Below are positions 59,286-64,000 of a DNA stretch of 64,000 nucleotides, piece by piece. Each line of letters opens with the position of its first letter. Within the stretch, counting starts at the first letter, position 1. This stretch comes from Candidatus Poribacteria bacterium. GTDB lineage: Bacteria > Poribacteria > WGA-4E > PCPOR2b. Below the pieces are notes generated by a model. The model did not search any database and was not told where the DNA came from. It worked only from the letters and a program-made list of their open reading frames with translations. The stretch spans positions 4,512,001 through 4,576,000 of the forward strand of contig OZ244042.1 in NCBI GenBank assembly GCA_965215015.1. Direction: 5' to 3'. The translations under genes and the position numbers were made by a program.

Positions 59286-60167
59286 TTAGATTGTCTCTGG
59301 AGGGGTTCTTTTTGCCTCCCACATTTCCCAAGATTCGACCGTTTCGGGCTGCTGCTGACTGCGTGCGATAAAGCCGGGCCACTTCTGAAGCAACCATTCC
59401 AATGAACTACCCGTTGGACTGTAGCGGAGGTCAATACTCCAACGAATATCCTCACTGGTATTCTCTAGCGAACGGTGAAAGGTCAGATTGCCAAATACGA
59501 GCACATCTCCCACCTTCATGTGCACGTTTTGTACCTCTCCCCAGCTCTCAACATCCTCTATAGGAACGAGTCGCCCATTTTCATCGCGGCGTGGCGGTCG
59601 AAGCCCCTGTTTATGGCTTCCGGGAATTACTTGCAAGCAGCCATTGTGCTCATCAACATCTACCATGGGAATCCATACCGTCAGAATTTGGCTCTCCTCT
59701 GAAAGGGTTACTTGCTGCCCCGGATCGGCGTTGCCATTGTAGTAGATGCTGTCTTGGTGCCACGGAAAGACGGACTCTCCTCCAGTCGGCATCTTGAAGC
59801 GAATCCAGTAATCTCCATTGACGGTAATCTCTGGACCAATCAGCGAGGTAACGATATCCAAGATTTTCGGATGAGTTATCAGTTCATAAACCTCGCGGCT
59901 GAAGACCTCTTTATTCCAATTCCAACCCAAGAGCGGTCCCTTCTGCGACTCACGCTGAATCCGTGTCAATCGGTGGTAAAAGGAAAGCTCCTCATACAGC
60001 CTTGAGATTTTGCCTTGATCATAGAGTTTTTTGGCGTGATGGTCGATGGCGGACGAAATGATCCGGCGAAGCGGGGCGAAATCCCCTCTATCGAGCACAC
60101 CACGAACTAACAGATACCCCTGCTCGTCGAATGCTTGGCGTTGCGTTGTAGTTGGTAAATTATTCAT
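59286..60167 (-). CDS. PhyH family dioxygenase
   Basis: WHQD, NGCLQVIPGSH, FHRS..N. Confidence 0.92.
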   Translation of the reverse strand: MNNLPTTTQRQAFDEQGYLLVRGVLDRGDFAPLRRIISSAIDHHAKKLYDQGKISRLYEELSFYHRLTRIQRESQKGPLLGWNWNKEVFSREVYELITHPKILDIVTSLIGPEITVNGDYWIRFKMPTGGESVFPWHQDSIYYNGNADPGQQVTLSEESQILTVWIPMVDVDEHNGCLQVIPGSHKQGLRPPRRDENGRLVPIEDVESWGEVQNVHMKVGDVLVFGNLTFHRSLENTSEDIRWSIDLRYSPTGSSLEWLLQKWPGFIARSQQQPETVESWEMWEAKRTPPETI

Positions 60168-60213
60168 GAATAATTTCCTAGATAAGGTTGGGATTCAAGT
60201 AAAGAGATACCCG

Positions 60214-61059
60214 CTATCCCCAACGCTGCTCCGGCGGGTCAAATAGGAAACCGTGAAAGAGCTTACGTTGCTCCGGGGAGAGGCGGCTGTTGTAGAACCC
60301 TTTAGAATATCCCCAGTGCTCTTGGGAGGCAATCATCCAGGGGTGCTCATAGGCATAGTAGAGCATGAGCCGAAAGCCGCCCGCTTGGGTAAATGGTCCC
60401 GCCGAATGCCAGAGGGCGTTATGGAACAGAATTGCTGTTCCCGCAGGGGCGCAAATCTGCACCGCCCCGGGAAACAGGTCAGGCCGCTGCAAATCAACCT
60501 GAGGGGGCTCGTGCATCGCCTTGTGACTTGCGGGGACAACACAAAGATTGCCCTGTCCGGGGGAGGTCATATCGTTCAGGTAGTAGCCGATCTTGAGTTG
60601 GAGAAAGGGAATCGGCGCACCAAGCCCACGGTATCCCTGGTCATGCCCATCAATATGCCACCCCATCCCCCGCTCCGTGAGATCAGTTTCATGCTCAACG
60701 ATAGCATCGGAAGCGTGATGGTGAGGCATTTCATTGAGTAATCCTTTGACGTAAGGCATCATCGGGGACCAATCCAGCATCTCCAGGAACAGCGGGTCAT
60801 CGTCTAGGATGTAGAAGATGCGAGTGCTTTTCTCGCCGTTAACATCCGTCCTGCCGGTATGGGGAATTTCTTTCTCCTGTTTTTCGCGCCGTCGGGCTAT
60901 TACCCGGAACAGTGCCTCTCGGAGTTCGTCCACGTGGGATTCCGCTAAGAAGTTCTCCAGCACCAGATAGCCGTTATTGTCGAAAAAGAAGCATTCCGAT
61001 GGTGTTGGTCTCGCTTCTTCTGTAGGGCAGGATATCTGTGTTACATTCTTTTCTGACAT
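60214..61059 (-). CDS. PhyH family dioxygenase
   Basis: WHID, GNLCVVPASH, LWHSA. Confidence 0.9.
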   Translation of the reverse strand: MSEKNVTQISCPTEEARPTPSECFFFDNNGYLVLENFLAESHVDELREALFRVIARRREKQEKEIPHTGRTDVNGEKSTRIFYILDDDPLFLEMLDWSPMMPYVKGLLNEMPHHHASDAIVEHETDLTERGMGWHIDGHDQGYRGLGAPIPFLQLKIGYYLNDMTSPGQGNLCVVPASHKAMHEPPQVDLQRPDLFPGAVQICAPAGTAILFHNALWHSAGPFTQAGGFRLMLYYAYEHPWMIASQEHWGYSKGFYNSRLSPEQRKLFHGFLFDPPEQRWG

Positions 61060-61122
61060 AATATAGACACCTCTACGATCACGGTTATGTGAATTGTAAA
61101 TTCGTAAAAGTGATTCACTCGC

Positions 61123-61944
61123 TCAAATCAGTAACTGAACACGCGAGCGATCTTCCGGTAAAAGCACGGCGTGAATCCGCTTTCGGATCATTTCAGGGGG
61201 ATAACGCCGCGAAAAATGGGTTAAGATAATGTGTTTGCTCTCAAACATCTCTAACAACACGGGTAAGGTATCTAGGTGTAAGTGCATAGTTTGTGCTGCC
61301 CGTTCCCGATGCTCTGGAAGCAGGAAGGTACACTCGCAGATCAACACCTGACACCGCTTGAGCAATGGGTGGGAGTCAATAGGGAGGGTACGGGTATCTC
61401 CCAGATAAGCAATAAGTGGCAATTCCACTCGGTTTGTGACTGTTACACCGTTGCGTCGTAACTGAGCAATCTCAGGTCCCGGCAAACCGAAGAACTCGGA
61501 TTTGAGTTTGTCCCGTGTCTCGCAAACGAGGTAACCGACCGATGGGACACGGTGATCGAGCGGCAGGACATGCGCCACAAGATTCTCCCGAAATGGGATG
61601 TCCTCACCCGCTTCCACCGGTGTCAAGCAGTAATCCCACACCTTTCCACAATCCAACAACGAAATCCGTTCGATAAGGTCTCGTAACTGATCTGCCCCCT
61701 CTTTGGGAACGTAGATGTTTCCCGGCGGTATGCCGTTGAGCCACCGCTGACTGACATAAATGGGAACCCCAAAATAGTGATCTAGATGGAAGTGGGAAAT
61801 GAAAACATGGCCTGTGCCGATAAAACTCATTGGACATCTGCCTAGGTCAAAGATGAGATCGAGCTCCTTCACCCGCAGATAGGTCGCCACCGCGGAGCTC
61901 GATTCACCTTCAATCGCTAGATTTCCACAACGTAACGACACCAT
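61123..61944 (-). CDS. Metallo-beta-lactamase fold hydrolase (short RNase Z-like)
   Basis: SHFHLDH, HRVPSVGY, GDT, ECTF, THFSRRY. Confidence 0.85.
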   Translation of the reverse strand: MVSLRCGNLAIEGESSSAVATYLRVKELDLIFDLGRCPMSFIGTGHVFISHFHLDHYFGVPIYVSQRWLNGIPPGNIYVPKEGADQLRDLIERISLLDCGKVWDYCLTPVEAGEDIPFRENLVAHVLPLDHRVPSVGYLVCETRDKLKSEFFGLPGPEIAQLRRNGVTVTNRVELPLIAYLGDTRTLPIDSHPLLKRCQVLICECTFLLPEHRERAAQTMHLHLDTLPVLLEMFESKHIILTHFSRRYPPEMIRKRIHAVLLPEDRSRVQLLI

Positions 61945-61961
61945 CTGTCCAAGTTCCCTTT

Positions 61962-62915
61962 TTATACCAATGCGCCGGTACAAGATGACCCGCTCCCCGC
62001 TGTACAACCAAAACAGTAACCTCCGGTGACGATTCTTCGACGCGCAAATAGGTCCGGATCTAAATCCTTTATATGTTGCGGCAGCCCTTTCGCTACTGGC
62101 AACTTGAGTGCTAAATTGAAATCGCAGTCGTACAGGCTCCCATCCCACCCAACATTAATCTGGTGGCGACACATTAATCCATCCAGCGTCGCTGAATTAA
62201 AGGAATCGTGGAGGAGCTGATTATACCCCTCAAGCCCATTTTCACGCTTTAAGTCACTACGAAACCGACCGATGGGCATATTAGCAATTGTCAGTAGATG
62301 GGTAAATTCTATGCCATATGCTGATCGCAACTCCTGTCTGTAGTCCGCTTCAAGTTCAGACTGGTCTGCAGGCAGCGTGGGACCGACAGGGTTATATACA
62401 AGGTTTAAGGGAAGATGGGGGACAATTCCATATCCGTGGTTGTTGAGGCGTTTTAACGCTTCGATACTTTCCTCAAAAACGCCTGTGCCGCGTTGTGCGT
62501 CAACGTTTTCTTCGAGGTAACAGGGCAGAGATGCACAAAGTTGGACCGATTGCTCCTGAAAGAAAACGGGAAATGACTCAAAACCGGGTTGAAGTAAAAT
62601 CGTGAGATTGGTTCTCACCATAACAGGAAATCCTTTTTCCCGAACCGTCTTTACAAACCGACGAAACCGTGGATGCATTTCTGGCGCGCCGCCTGTAATA
62701 TCTATCAGTTTGGCATTTGTCTTTTCCGCAGCAGCTATCACATGCCCCATCGTCTCCCAATCCATCATCTCCTTCCGCCTCGGCGAGGAAACCACATGAC
62801 AATGGGTGCACTCTAGATTACACTTGAGACCGATATTCACCTGGATTGTCTCAATATCCAAACTATGTAACCCTTCTCCATTGTATTTTGCGATTACCTT
62901 TTCAAACTCATTCAT
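61962..62915 (-). CDS. arsS: Arsenosugar biosynthesis radical SAM protein ArsS family (DUF3641)
   Basis: CNLECTHC, DITGGAPE, ASLPCY, NMPIGRF, LYDCDFN, CFGCTAGSGSSC. Confidence 0.88.
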   Translation of the reverse strand: MNEFEKVIAKYNGEGLHSLDIETIQVNIGLKCNLECTHCHVVSSPRRKEMMDWETMGHVIAAAEKTNAKLIDITGGAPEMHPRFRRFVKTVREKGFPVMVRTNLTILLQPGFESFPVFFQEQSVQLCASLPCYLEENVDAQRGTGVFEESIEALKRLNNHGYGIVPHLPLNLVYNPVGPTLPADQSELEADYRQELRSAYGIEFTHLLTIANMPIGRFRSDLKRENGLEGYNQLLHDSFNSATLDGLMCRHQINVGWDGSLYDCDFNLALKLPVAKGLPQHIKDLDPDLFARRRIVTGGYCFGCTAGSGSSCTGALV

Positions 62916-63118
62916 AATCGGTGTCTCCTTTTTGCTTCCCGGATTTACTGAAAATCAGTTGAAAACAGTGTGTCAATCTGATAAAATAGCCAAGCATTTT
63001 TACTTTATTGAGGGATGCCCCCGGGTTTGTCAACGATAGGAAGTATACTGACCTAAATGGAACGGACAACGTGATATAGTTCACACTTTCCTAATTCATT
63101 GGATAGAATGGAGAATTT

Positions 63119-63982
63119 ATGAGTGTTAAAATCGGCGTGATTGGCGGCTCAGGATTTTATCAGATGGAGGGACTAATGGACCTGGAAGAGATCGAGGTTG
63201 AGACCCCCTTTGGAAAACCGAGTGATTCGTTAGTTCTAGGTACAATTGAAGGAACGCGCGTTGTATTTCTACCGCGCCACGGCGTGGGGCATCGGTTGCT
63301 CGCATCGGAAATTAATGTACGTGCTAACATCTATGCCTTAAAAAGCTTAGGGATTGAATGGATTATCTCTGCAAGTGCAGTCGGTAGCCTCCGAGCTGAA
63401 ATCGAGCCACGCCACTTTGTTGTTCCCGATCAACTCTATGACCATACCAAGAATCGGGTGGACACCTTCTTTGGTGAAGGACTTTCTGCCCACGTCAGTC
63501 TCGCCCACCCGTTTTGCCCCATCCTGAGTCAACTGCTGTATGACGGTGCCGGTGATATTGGCGCAACCGTTCATAAGGGTGGCACATATATCTGTATGGA
63601 GGGGCCTGCCTTCTCTACCGAAGCCGAATCGAATGTTTATAGACAGCTTGACTTCGATATCATCGGTATGACCGCTGCGCCGGAGGCAAAGCTTGCCCGC
63701 GAGGCAGAAATCTGTTACGGCGTTCTCGCTTGTTCAACCGATTACGACTGTTGGCATCCGGATCATGACGCGGTCACAGCAGAGATGATTTTCCAAAACT
63801 TGTCTGCAAATGTGGAAACTGCTAAACGCATCGTCAGGAGTGTGATACCCAACATTCCTGAGAAACGTGCAGGATGTCCTTGCCCTCAAGCCCTTGAAAA
63901 GTCAATTGCCACAGATCCGACGCGAATACCCGCATCGACGAAGCAGAAACTCGATCTGCTAGTGGGCAAATATCTACAGTAA
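63119..63982 (+). CDS. mtnP: S-methyl-5'-thioadenosine phosphorylase
   Basis: IGGSG, TPFGKPS, RHG, MEGPAFST.AES, GMT..PEAKLAREAE, TDYDCW. Confidence 0.95.
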   Translation: MSVKIGVIGGSGFYQMEGLMDLEEIEVETPFGKPSDSLVLGTIEGTRVVFLPRHGVGHRLLASEINVRANIYALKSLGIEWIISASAVGSLRAEIEPRHFVVPDQLYDHTKNRVDTFFGEGLSAHVSLAHPFCPILSQLLYDGAGDIGATVHKGGTYICMEGPAFSTEAESNVYRQLDFDIIGMTAAPEAKLAREAEICYGVLACSTDYDCWHPDHDAVTAEMIFQNLSANVETAKRIVRSVIPNIPEKRAGCPCPQALEKSIATDPTRIPASTKQKLDLLVGKYLQ

Positions 63983-64000
63983 CTTATGAGGCTTCAAGCG

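Noticed and set aside
58511-62148. Long N-terminal extensions in the ORF track for 58511..59455 and 61123..62148
   Set aside because: They overlap upstream genes; downstream ATGs at 59269 and 61944 fit the domain starts better

Overview
Bacterial chromosomal window of roughly 50% GC. The gene mix (three tandem PhyH dioxygenases, duplicated Uma2 nucleases, enolase-superfamily, Gfo/Idh/MocA and BNR-repeat catabolic genes, futalosine-pathway mqnD) suggests Candidatus Poribacteria or a similar uncultured lineage; this is inference. It holds about 55 CDS, including housekeeping genes (topA, ychF, ftsE, dut-thyA-folA, mtnP), plus tRNA-Asn(GTT) and tRNA-Arg(CCG). There is a small defence patch (BsaWI-like R-M pair, hicBA, HNH nuclease), a copper-resistance operon and many intergenic MITE/REP-like repeats, including two tandem arrays. 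Strongest hidden signals: (1) a Cys/His-rich leader ending in RAPP whose codons pair perfectly (11 bp) with the Shine-Dalgarno of the copper operon; (2) a selenoprotein (UxxC redoxin with SECIS-like hairpin) that the ORF track splits in two; (3) an FMN-binding domain fused to a cytochrome b562-like domain, paired with a Rieske protein that has no cytochrome b; (4) arsS divergent from mtnP. All product calls come from motif recognition, not database searches.
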